Shown: piece after piece, positions 47,747 through 56,322 of the stretch | How the letters are laid out: each line of letters begins with the position of its first letter | How positions within the stretch are numbered: position 1 is the stretch's first letter | Assembly (NCBI GenBank): GCA_040218735.1 | Contig: JAVJQW010000055.1 | Span: 114,508 to 178,507, forward strand | Direction: 5' to 3' | Origin: Deltaproteobacteria bacterium | Lineage (GTDB): Bacteria; Myxococcota; Kuafuiibacteriia; Kuafuiibacteriales; Kuafuiibacteriaceae | DNA length: 64,000 bases | Program-made: the position numbers and the translations under genes | Notes under the pieces: generated by a model | The model's input: only the letters and a program-made list of their open reading frames with translations | Databases searched by the model: none | Told to the model about the DNA's origin: nothing

Positions 47747-48504
47747 TCCGACGCCTCCTCTTCCTCGCTGCGTTGCTCTCGCTGCCGTCCTGCCTCGGCG
47801 CGAGCCAGCTCCCGCGTAGCTACTACGTCATCGCGAACGAGCCGCTGGGTTTTCGGCACCACGCGCCGGTGATGAACGGCATCCTCTACGTGCGCAGCCT
47901 CGACGTCGACGCGGTGTACGAGAAGTTCCAGTTCGTCGTGCGCAAGAGCCCGTACCAGCTCCGCTACAGCGACCAGAACGTGTGGGCGGTGAAGCCGCAC
48001 CAGATGATCTCGGACGTCCTCGCTGCGGCGCTCGACCACACCAACACGTTCGAGGGCGTCACACGCGAGCTCATCGAAGCACGCCCCGCGTACACCCTCT
48101 CCGGGCAGCTCAACGCCGTGGAGATCTACGACAGCGACGACGTCTGGTTCGCGCACCTCGCGGTGTCGCTGCACGTGTCGCGGTTCTCGGACGGCGCGCG
48201 GGTGTGGTCGTACGACTTCGACCAGCGCAAGCGCCTCGGGACGACGAGCTTCGAACACGGCGCGCGCGCGCTGTCGGAGCTGTCGCACCAGATCACCAAG
48301 GACGTCGTCGAGCAGCTCGCGAAGCTCGGCGGGACGTCCGGCGCGCAGGAGACGCCCGAGTCTCCGTTCGACCAGGCGCTGCCCGGCGGGCCCGCGGAGG
48401 ACCCGAAGCCGAACGAGCCGATCTTCGTACCCGAGGGCGAAGACGACGAAGACGACGACGAAGAGAAGAAGGACGCGCCCGAAGCGGACGCCGAAGAACC
48501 ATGA
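47743..48504 (+). CDS. ABC transport auxiliary lipoprotein (PqiC-like)
   Basis: LPSC lipobox; RSYY, WAVKPHQMI; acidic C-terminal tail. Confidence 0.78.
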   Translation: MIRRLLFLAALLSLPSCLGASQLPRSYYVIANEPLGFRHHAPVMNGILYVRSLDVDAVYEKFQFVVRKSPYQLRYSDQNVWAVKPHQMISDVLAAALDHTNTFEGVTRELIEARPAYTLSGQLNAVEIYDSDDVWFAHLAVSLHVSRFSDGARVWSYDFDQRKRLGTTSFEHGARALSELSHQITKDVVEQLAKLGGTSGAQETPESPFDQALPGGPAEDPKPNEPIFVPEGEDDEDDDEEKKDAPEADAEEP

Positions 48505-49412
48505 GGCTCGCCGTCCTCGCGACGGCGCTCCTCGCGGCGGCGTGCTCCACCACCCAGCGGTACGCGAGCTTCGACGACGTCCCCTACGACTACGCCGAAG
48601 AGACGACCGAGTGGGCGCCAACCGCTCGCCTCAACGTCCGCGTCGCGCGCCTCGGCGACCCGCGGTCCGAGGCGCCTCCGGTGGTGCTCCTCCACCCATG
48701 GGCCTTCTCGATGTTGATCTGGAAGGACGTCGCGCCGCACCTCGCCGAAGGCCGCCGCGTCGTGCTCGTCGACCTCCCGGGGCACGGCAAGTCCGACAAG
48801 GTCGTCACCCAGTACACGATGGCGCGCCTCGCGGCCGCCGTCCTCGACGTGACGCGGGACCTCGATCGCTTCTTCGTGGTCGGCAACTCCCTCGGCGGAG
48901 CGACTGCGCTCGCGATCGCGGAGGCGGCACCCGAACGTCTGCGTGGCGTCGTCCTCGTCGCCGCGCCGGGTGGTCATCTGTTGCCCGAGCCGATGCGCCA
49001 CGCGGCGCGCACGCTCGCGGACGCGAAGTCGATCGAGACCCTCTCCGACGAAGCGTGGTTGGTCGGCCTCGTCGTCGCCGAGCGCAGCGACGGGCCCCTC
49101 GCGGTGCGCCTCCGTGAAGACCTGGCCGCTTTGAAGGGCGCGCGTGAGTGGTCGGCGTGGTGTCGATCCACGAGCGCGATCCTGTCGACGGTCGCGGCGT
49201 ACGCGCCGGACCTCGCCGGCGTCGAGGTCCCCGCGCTGGTGGTGCACGGCGACAACGACTTCCTGATCGGCGCCGGCAGTCGCGCGCTGGCGGACGGGTT
49301 ACCGAACGCGGACTTCGTCGAGGTGCAGGGGTGCGGACACCTCCTGGAGGTGGAGTGTCCGCAGGCGTTGCTGGCGCCGATGCAGCGCTTCTTCGTCGCG
49401 AATCAGCCGTAG
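48501..49412 (+). CDS. Alpha/beta hydrolase lipoprotein
   Basis: LAAAC; DLPGHGKS, GNSLGG, VHGDND, GH. Confidence 0.88.
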   Translation: MRLAVLATALLAAACSTTQRYASFDDVPYDYAEETTEWAPTARLNVRVARLGDPRSEAPPVVLLHPWAFSMLIWKDVAPHLAEGRRVVLVDLPGHGKSDKVVTQYTMARLAAAVLDVTRDLDRFFVVGNSLGGATALAIAEAAPERLRGVVLVAAPGGHLLPEPMRHAARTLADAKSIETLSDEAWLVGLVVAERSDGPLAVRLREDLAALKGAREWSAWCRSTSAILSTVAAYAPDLAGVEVPALVVHGDNDFLIGAGSRALADGLPNADFVEVQGCGHLLEVECPQALLAPMQRFFVANQP

Positions 49413-50308
49413 CCGAGCGGGCACAGCGCGCGCATCGCGCCGCCGATCGTGGGGAAGAGCGTCTTCGCCGCCTGCTGGTAGTCGAGCGAAGCGGCCGAGT
49501 CGATCGTCAGCGCCGCCTGGTGCTGCGCGGAGGTGCCGGCGTCCGCGACGGTCGCGCCGTACGTGGCGGCGAGCTTCGCGAGCCCCGTGGCGACCTTCTT
49601 CGGCCCCTCGTGCACCAGCTCGCCGACGGGGCGCGGCTGGTACAGCGTGCCGTCCGCGCGCGCCTTGGCGAGGTCCTGCCAGATGGTGCCGTCGAGGAAC
49701 GCGACGAAACGGTCGGAGGTCAGGACCCGGTCGCCGCCTTCGCTCTTCTGCGCGGCCACGTCGAACAGGAGCCGAATCTCGGTCTCGTTGATGACCTTGC
49801 CGACCTCGCGCGCGTGGAGCTTGCCGAGGATGTCGAACTTCTTCTTGCCCGCGACGAACGCGTTGACGTCGTCCTTGGTGACGTAGCCCTTCGGGCCCGC
49901 GATCTCTTTCCAGAACGCGACGGCCTTGTCCGCGTTGATGTGGCCGGTCGCCTTGTCGTAGGTGCCGGTGTCCGCGTTGATGCCGGTGTCCTTGTCACGG
50001 ATGCCTTCGATCATCCGCTTCAGGTCGGCGTGTGACTTGTGCCCCTGTGGGATCGAGAAGGGCAGCGTGAGGATGTGCCCGCCGAAGATGTTCTCCACGC
50101 CGATGCCGCGGAGCATCTGCGCCGTGGAGCGCGGCGTGATGACCGGCTTGCCGAGCTTCGCGCTCTCCTCGACGTCGACGAACGCCTGCAGGTGCGCTTC
50201 GATGCCGTCCTGGACGTCCTCGAGCTTCGGCGCGTTGCCGAGGTCGAGGCCCTGCGCGGCGCGGAGGCCGGCGGCACGGGTGTTCGGGTCGTGTTTGATG
50301 CCAGACAT
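49403..50308 (-). CDS. Caleosin/peroxygenase-like protein (divergent)
   Basis: HLQAFVD...ITPRSTAQMLRGIG; NADTGTYD; EIRLLFDVA; FLDGTIWQDLAKAR resemble caleosin blocks in the correct order. Confidence 0.55.
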   Translation of the reverse strand: MSGIKHDPNTRAAGLRAAQGLDLGNAPKLEDVQDGIEAHLQAFVDVEESAKLGKPVITPRSTAQMLRGIGVENIFGGHILTLPFSIPQGHKSHADLKRMIEGIRDKDTGINADTGTYDKATGHINADKAVAFWKEIAGPKGYVTKDDVNAFVAGKKKFDILGKLHAREVGKVINETEIRLLFDVAAQKSEGGDRVLTSDRFVAFLDGTIWQDLAKARADGTLYQPRPVGELVHEGPKKVATGLAKLAATYGATVADAGTSAQHQAALTIDSAASLDYQQAAKTLFPTIGGAMRALCPLGYG

Positions 50309-50311
50309 GGA

Positions 50312-50773
50312 TCAGGACTCCTCCGCCGGGACCTTCGCGGCGGCGATCATTTGCAGGTAGTGCTTCTTGGCGTCGTCATCGAGTCGCGACGCCTCCGTCG
50401 AAATGGTGAGCGTGGTGAACACGTCGCCGTCGAGGCGCCCGGCTTGGAGCTGCACGACCGTGAACTTGCCGTGGACCGGCATCGCGTAGTCGAGCAGCAG
50501 CCCGGTCTGTCCGTCCGCGAAGGAGAACTCGATCGGGTCCGTCAGCTTCAGCCCTTCGATGTGGCGGAGCAGGTCCGCCGCGACCTTCGACATGAGCTCG
50601 GGGAGCGAGGTGTCGTTCGACACCCGACGCTGCGTGGCGATGAGGTTGGGCCGCACCGGCGCCTGGAACTGCATCGCCAGGCCCGCCTTCAGGTTCTTCT
50701 CGAGCGGAGCCCGCCACGTCGTGACGATCTCCTCTTCGATGAACCCGTCGGGCGGCGTGATTTCGAGCTTCAT
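50312..50773 (-). CDS. DcrB/DUF1795-like (PsbP-fold) protein
   Basis: RPNLIATQ, GLLLDY, VQLQ, TLTIST pattern; AGGAGG RBS. Confidence 0.55.
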   Translation of the reverse strand: MKLEITPPDGFIEEEIVTTWRAPLEKNLKAGLAMQFQAPVRPNLIATQRRVSNDTSLPELMSKVAADLLRHIEGLKLTDPIEFSFADGQTGLLLDYAMPVHGKFTVVQLQAGRLDGDVFTTLTISTEASRLDDDAKKHYLQMIAAAKVPAEES

Positions 50774-50873
50774 GCGGGAACCTCCTGACCATCATCGGCC
50801 GTCGGGACCGATCAGGTGCGTCAATGTACCCCATTTGGATGGGGTTTTTGGCTCAGTCGGCCGCGTTTCTGGC

Positions 50874-52232
50874 TCAGGTGTTGCGGGCGAGGGGGCCGCG
50901 GAGCTGCACCTGGAGGCCGGTGGGCGCGTTCGGCGCGAACGTGAGCCGCCAGCCGGCGCGCTCCGCCACCGCGGCCGTGATGGCCAGGCCGAGCCCCGAC
51001 CCCTCCCGCGACCGGGCGCGGTCCGTGCGGAAAGTGCGCGCGGGGAGGGCGGCGAGCTCCGACTCGGCGACGCCCGGGCCGTCGTCCAGGACGGTGACCA
51101 CGAACGTGTCGCCCTCGACGGCGAGCACGACCGCCGCGTGCCCGCCCGTGCGCCCATACTTGATTGCGTTGTGCACGATGTTCGCGATCGCCTGCTGCGC
51201 CATGGCCGGGTCGCAGCACACGAGCGTCGCAGCGTCGGGGCGCGCGCCGGTCACTTCGATGCCGTGACGCCGCCCCAGCACGGAGAACCGCGCGAGCACG
51301 AAGTCGACGATCCGACCGAGGTCGATCGTCTGGCCGCTGTCGAGCGGCCCCGCGACGCGTTCGAGTTTGCTCGCGAGGTGAAGGTTGTTCGTGAGGGCGT
51401 CGAGGTAGACGAGGTCGTCGACCACCGCGAGGAGCGTCGACTGCAGCTCGTCCTCCGCCGCGAGGCCGAGCGCTTCTTCGAGGGCGAGCTGCGCGGAGGC
51501 GAGCGGAGTCCGCAGATCGTGGGCGACGTTCGCGAGGTGCTCCCGCAGCGCGCGCTGTCGATCCGCGCGCTCCTGGTTCGCGACGACGATGCGCGCGTTT
51601 GCGGCGTCGAGGGTCCCTGACACCGCGCCGATCGCGTCCTTCCCGTCGTCGTCGGCAGATCGGAAGCGGTCGTCGCCGACGCTCTGCGCGGCCTCCGCGA
51701 GCCGGTCGAGCCGTTGGAGCGTCGGGCGGATCGCGACGACAGTCGTCAGGCCGATCGCAAACAGCACGATGCCACCCATCGCGACGAACGTCCGGATGTA
51801 CCCCGTGCGTCGAACGCCGTCCCTTCGTTTGAAACGAATCTGGAAGAGGCTGCACGGGCCGGATCCCGAGACCCGGTCGAGCACCGCTCCGCCCCAGACC
51901 TCGTCCCCGTCGTAGATGCGGACCGGCAGCGGCTCGCCGCCTCGGAGTTGTTCGAGCAGGTCCGGGTCGAGCGGCGGCGCGTCCGGGCGGACGGCCTCGA
52001 GGGTCTGCGCGTCGTAGGCGAAGATCTCGACGGGGCCCTCGCGAAAGACGAACCCCGCCGGATCGCGCTCGCACGCCTCGAGGTTCTTCTTCTTCGTTTC
52101 GACTCGCGACGCCGCCACCGCGCGCAGCGTGACCGTCGCGACGAACTCCCGCGCGAGGTAGGCCAGCAGGAGCGTCGCCACGATCGCGGAGAGCGTGGAG
52201 GCGATCAGGACCCGTGCGCCGAGGCCGCTCAT
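50874..52232 (-). CDS. HAMP-domain sensor histidine kinase
   Basis: Two TM; AHDLRTPL, NIVHNAIKY, DDGPG, GSGLGL. Confidence 0.92.
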   Translation of the reverse strand: MSGLGARVLIASTLSAIVATLLLAYLAREFVATVTLRAVAASRVETKKKNLEACERDPAGFVFREGPVEIFAYDAQTLEAVRPDAPPLDPDLLEQLRGGEPLPVRIYDGDEVWGGAVLDRVSGSGPCSLFQIRFKRRDGVRRTGYIRTFVAMGGIVLFAIGLTTVVAIRPTLQRLDRLAEAAQSVGDDRFRSADDDGKDAIGAVSGTLDAANARIVVANQERADRQRALREHLANVAHDLRTPLASAQLALEEALGLAAEDELQSTLLAVVDDLVYLDALTNNLHLASKLERVAGPLDSGQTIDLGRIVDFVLARFSVLGRRHGIEVTGARPDAATLVCCDPAMAQQAIANIVHNAIKYGRTGGHAAVVLAVEGDTFVVTVLDDGPGVAESELAALPARTFRTDRARSREGSGLGLAITAAVAERAGWRLTFAPNAPTGLQVQLRGPLARNT

Positions 52233-52909
52233 CACGCTTCCTTGGCGTCGTCGAACCGATAACCCACGCCCCACACCGTCGCGATGCGTTTGCCGGCGTC
52301 GCCGAGCTTCTTGCGGAGCCGTGCGACGTGGGAGTCGATCACCCGGTCGGAGCGCTCACCGGCCTCTTCGAACGCCATCTCGGAGAGCTGCTGGCGGGTC
52401 AGCGCGCGGCCCGGTCGCTCGATGAGACACGCGAGGACGTTGAACTCGTGCGCGGTCAAGCCCGCGTCCTCGTCCGCGACGACGACGCGGCGCGCGTCGA
52501 GGTCGATCGACGCGCTCCCGATCACGATCGTTCGATTCGGGACCGCGTCGCGCAGCGCGAGCCGAGCCCGCACGCGCGCGACGATCTCCTCCATCCAGAA
52601 CGGCTTCGGCACGAAGTCGACCGCGCCCAGGTCGAAGGTCCGCAGCCGAGACTCCAGATCCGCGTTGGCGGTGAGCACCAACACCGGGACCGACGACGTG
52701 CCGCGCCAGCGCTCCAACAGCTCGAAGCCGTCGAGCTCGGGGAGCATCAGATCGAGCACCACGAGGTCGAAGCTCTGACCGCGCGCGGCGTTGGCGCCCA
52801 TCAGACCGTCCGTCGCGAGCTCCACCTCGAACCCGGCCGCGGTCAGGCCCCGAACGACCCGGCTCGCGATGGCTGGGTCGTCCTCCACCACGAGGATTCG
52901 GTGCGACAT
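52232..52909 (-). CDS. OmpR family response regulator
   Basis: ILVVEDD, LDLMLPELDG, KPF, DSHVARLRKKL, TVWGVGY. Confidence 0.93.
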   Translation of the reverse strand: MSHRILVVEDDPAIASRVVRGLTAAGFEVELATDGLMGANAARGQSFDLVVLDLMLPELDGFELLERWRGTSSVPVLVLTANADLESRLRTFDLGAVDFVPKPFWMEEIVARVRARLALRDAVPNRTIVIGSASIDLDARRVVVADEDAGLTAHEFNVLACLIERPGRALTRQQLSEMAFEEAGERSDRVIDSHVARLRKKLGDAGKRIATVWGVGYRFDDAKEA

Positions 52910-52963
52910 CGAACGTGACCGTAGCGCGGGAGTATCGAGGAAGTGTGGAGCCCGGCCGTTTCT

Positions 52964-54325
52964 TCAGGGCGTGAGCTCGATCTCCCAGGTCACGCTCGAC
53001 GTCAGCGCCGCGAGGGGCGTCCGCACCCAGTTCGACTGGCGCTCGACCGTCGCCGTCACCTCGTACACCCCCGGGCCGATCCCCTCGAGCTGTGCGTAGG
53101 CGACCGGGCCGAACGTCGGATCCGTGAGGCCGTCGATGACGGTGCCGTCGAACGTCCACCGCACCGGGCTGCTGCCGAACAGCGTCAGGTAGATCGCGTT
53201 GGGGTCGACCAGGCGCGTCGAGTTGTCGGTGTGGTCCTCGATGGCCTCCACCGACTCGAGGATCCTTCGCACGATCTGCTGCCGCGACACCGCGTTGAAC
53301 GGCCCCGGCATGTACGTACCGAGCTTCGAGTTCATGGACGGACGGTAGATGCCCGTCGCGAACCCCGCGCCGCCCTCGTAGGCGCCGATCGGGTTGAGCT
53401 CCCCGTCCGCCTCGTTGTTCAACATGCCCTCGTTGTGCCCGTCCCACTCCGGCCACGCGCCGGCCGCCGACGTGCTGGTGTTCGGGGCGAGCTCACCGCC
53501 GGGGAACGCGCCGCCCGGGTCGTCCGTCGTCTCGTAGGCGAGGCCCGCCCAGGCGACGGCGATCTCACGCATGAAGTTCTCGCTGCGCCGGACGTCGTCC
53601 ATGAACCGGGCGCCGAGCACGATGTACGGACCCTGCGGCGGGAAGTACGAGCGCGCCTCGTTGGTGTCCGTGTTGAGCATGACGATCTTGATGTCCGGCG
53701 TGATCCCGGAGCCCGCGAGCGCGGCGTCGATCGCCGCTTCCGCTTTGCCGAAGTCGATCGGGCAGTTCGCCATGCCGCCGACGCCGCCGCCGCACGGGAG
53801 CGCCTGCGCGTCGAGCGCGGTGTCGACCATCGTGCCGGCGACGTCGATGCCGGACTCGTTGCTCGCGAGGTGGACCTGGTGGACGTTGAAGTAGTCGCGG
53901 TAGGTGCGGAACGGCTCCGTCGAGTTGTTCCGGACGCCGCGGCGGTTGAACGTGCGGCCGATCGCGTCGCCGACGTCGTCCTCGAAGCGTGTCGTGAGCT
54001 CCTCGAGTGTGTACCCCTCGCTGACGATCACGATATCGATCCGGTTGGCCGGATCGCCCGAGTTGCGGCGGGTCCGGTAGGGCTCGGTGACCGGGTCGAT
54101 CACGCCGGAGTCGCGGGGGCCGCCGTCGCGGTCCTCGCCAGCGTCGCGGACGCCGGAGTCGGTGGTGTCATCGCCGGCGTCGCGGGTGGTGGTGTCCCCG
54201 CCGTCGCGCGTGGTCGCGGACCCCGCGTCGCGTTCCCCGCCGTCGTCGTCGTCCCCCCCTGCGCAGGCCGCGAGGGAGACCGAGAGCGCCAAGAAACACC
54301 AGCGAACAGACCGATTCAGCAGCAT
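52964..54325 (-). CDS. M64 (IgA peptidase-like) family lipoprotein lacking HExxH
   Basis: LAAC lipobox; RDAG linker; NRIDIVIVSEGY, EPFRTYRDYFNV, SNESG, YEGG, GIYRP, PFNAVS; REIAVAWAGLAYE at the zinc-site position. Confidence 0.78.
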   Translation of the reverse strand: MLLNRSVRWCFLALSVSLAACAGGDDDDGGERDAGSATTRDGGDTTTRDAGDDTTDSGVRDAGEDRDGGPRDSGVIDPVTEPYRTRRNSGDPANRIDIVIVSEGYTLEELTTRFEDDVGDAIGRTFNRRGVRNNSTEPFRTYRDYFNVHQVHLASNESGIDVAGTMVDTALDAQALPCGGGVGGMANCPIDFGKAEAAIDAALAGSGITPDIKIVMLNTDTNEARSYFPPQGPYIVLGARFMDDVRRSENFMREIAVAWAGLAYETTDDPGGAFPGGELAPNTSTSAAGAWPEWDGHNEGMLNNEADGELNPIGAYEGGAGFATGIYRPSMNSKLGTYMPGPFNAVSRQQIVRRILESVEAIEDHTDNSTRLVDPNAIYLTLFGSSPVRWTFDGTVIDGLTDPTFGPVAYAQLEGIGPGVYEVTATVERQSNWVRTPLAALTSSVTWEIELTP

Positions 54326-54396
54326 CGGCGCATTTGACACCCAAATCGAGAACGATGAAAGTAGAGCCGGCTGCGAATTGGTGCCGGAGGTGTAAG

Positions 54397-56322
54397 TTGA
54401 CACGCCCATTCCTCGTCCCGCTCCTCCTCGCGGGCCTCCTCGCCACCAGCTGCGGCCGCGACGCCGTCGAGCTGGGGTTCAAGCCCGGTGCTGCGTCGGA
54501 CGGCGCGGTGCCCTTCGACTCCGGTTTCCCGCCGGACCGCGACGGCGGCGTCTCGCCGATCCGTGACGGCGGCTTCGGGCCGATCCGCGACGGCGGCTTC
54601 GGACCGATCCGCGACTCCGGCTTCCCGCCGATTCGCGACGGCGGCTTCGGGCCGATCCGCGACGGCGGCTTCCCACCGATCCGCGACTCCGGCTTCCCCC
54701 CGGGGCGCGACGGCGGCTTCCCACCAATCCGCGACTCCGGCTTCCCGCCGGGGCGCGACGCGGGACCACCGCGCGACGGCGGCTTCCCGCCCACGCCCGA
54801 CGGCGGCGTGTGCCAGCACAGCGACTGCGCGCCGCTCGACGGCCCGTGTGTCGTCGGACGCTGCGACTTCGCGACCAACATGTGCCGCCGCGTCCCCCGT
54901 CCGAACGGGACGATGTGTGAGGACGGCAATCCGTGCACGACGGGTGACTTCTGCCTGCGCGGGACCTGCCGCTCCGGCGGCCCGCTCGTCTGTCCGCCGC
55001 CCCCGGGGCAATGCGTCGAGAGCATCTGCGACGCCTCCGCCGGCGGTTGTGTCGCGGTCGCGGCGCCCGACGGCACGAGCTGCAACGACAGCCAGATGTG
55101 CACCGTGAACGACCAGTGCGTCGGCGGCATGTGCCAAGGCATCTCCTCCGCGCCGATGGGCGACACCTGCCCCGGGCAGTTCCTCCTCTCGCCGGTGGGG
55201 ACGCAGACCGAGGTCGGCAGCAACGTGTGCGCGACGGACACCGCGGTGGGATCGTGCGGCTTCTCCGGCGGTCACGATGCGATCTACCGGATGAACCTCA
55301 CCGACCCGCGGCGCATCCGCATGGAGACGGTGCCGGTCAGCATCGGTGGCTTCGACACCGTGGTCTACGCGCGGAGCACGTGTAACCAGTCCGCGTCGGA
55401 GCTGGTCTGCGACGACAACTCCGGGACCGGTCCCCTCTCGTCGTTCGATCGACAGTTCGAGCCAGGCGAAGTGTTCTTCTTCGTCGACGGGCGCACGGCG
55501 TCCGCGCAGGGGGCCTACGCCGTCGAGTTCGAGGTCGACCCGCAGAACCGGTGCGCGGGCGCGACGCAGTTCACCGTTCCGCCCCTCAACACCACGGTGC
55601 GCTTCGACGGCTCGACGAACGGCGCGACGAACGACTTCGGCGCGCCGTGTGCGAGCGGGCAGGGCTCGGCGGACAACGTCTACACCTTCACGCTCGCGCA
55701 GGAGGCCCGCGTCCGTTTCGAGACGGAGCCCGTCTCGATGAACCAGTACGACACCGCGATCGCGCTCCACGCGGCGCCCTGCACGGAGGGGATGCCGATG
55801 ACGATCGCGTGCGACGACGACGACGGAATGGGTACGCTCTCGCGGATCGAGGCGACGCTGCCGCCCGGCACGTACTTCCTGACCGTCGACGGCTGGGCGG
55901 CGGGCAACAGTGGGCGCTACCGGCTCGCGGTGACGCGCCTCGCGAACCTGACGTCCGTGGTCTTCCCGGACGCGCTGGACGCCCGTTTGACGCAGGTCGG
56001 CACGACGTACTCGCGGGACGGTGACTTCGTCGAAGGCATCCGGACGATTCCGGCCACGTCCATCACGCAGGCGGAGGTCGATCTGCAGATCACGAACAAC
56101 CTCACCTGCAACCAGCACCCGACGCTGGTGTTCATCAACGGCGTGCAGGTCGGGACGTTCGCGGTCGGCCCCGGTCAAACGACGGTCAACCAGACGTTTT
56201 CGTTCCCAGCCATCACCGGTCCGGCGTATGCACTTCGGCTGGAGACGGCGGCGGACGTTCCGATGGGGTGCGGGTCGATCGACTACCCGAACGGCGTGTC
56301 GTTCTTCAGACTGGGGAATTGA
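54397..56322 (+). CDS. Surface lipoprotein with RDGG repeats, Cys-rich repeats and two PPC-like domains
   Basis: LATSC lipobox (TTG start inferred); CEDGNPCTTGDFC repeats; FDTVVY...CDDNSG, YDTAI...CDDDDG, PGTYFLTVDG. Confidence 0.75.
   Translation: MTRPFLVPLLLAGLLATSCGRDAVELGFKPGAASDGAVPFDSGFPPDRDGGVSPIRDGGFGPIRDGGFGPIRDSGFPPIRDGGFGPIRDGGFPPIRDSGFPPGRDGGFPPIRDSGFPPGRDAGPPRDGGFPPTPDGGVCQHSDCAPLDGPCVVGRCDFATNMCRRVPRPNGTMCEDGNPCTTGDFCLRGTCRSGGPLVCPPPPGQCVESICDASAGGCVAVAAPDGTSCNDSQMCTVNDQCVGGMCQGISSAPMGDTCPGQFLLSPVGTQTEVGSNVCATDTAVGSCGFSGGHDAIYRMNLTDPRRIRMETVPVSIGGFDTVVYARSTCNQSASELVCDDNSGTGPLSSFDRQFEPGEVFFFVDGRTASAQGAYAVEFEVDPQNRCAGATQFTVPPLNTTVRFDGSTNGATNDFGAPCASGQGSADNVYTFTLAQEARVRFETEPVSMNQYDTAIALHAAPCTEGMPMTIACDDDDGMGTLSRIEATLPPGTYFLTVDGWAAGNSGRYRLAVTRLANLTSVVFPDALDARLTQVGTTYSRDGDFVEGIRTIPATSITQAEVDLQITNNLTCNQHPTLVFINGVQVGTFAVGPGQTTVNQTFSFPAITGPAYALRLETAADVPMGCGSIDYPNGVSFFRLGN
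54517..54807 (+). repeat. 24-nt coding tandem repeat (D[GS]GF[GP]P[IG]R, about 12 units)
   Basis: Recurring gacggcggcttc/gactccggcttc...atccgc units visible directly. Confidence 0.9.

Noticed and set aside
54517-54807. Possible CRISPR array
   Set aside because: Contiguous in-frame 24-nt coding repeats with no unique spacers and no cas genes
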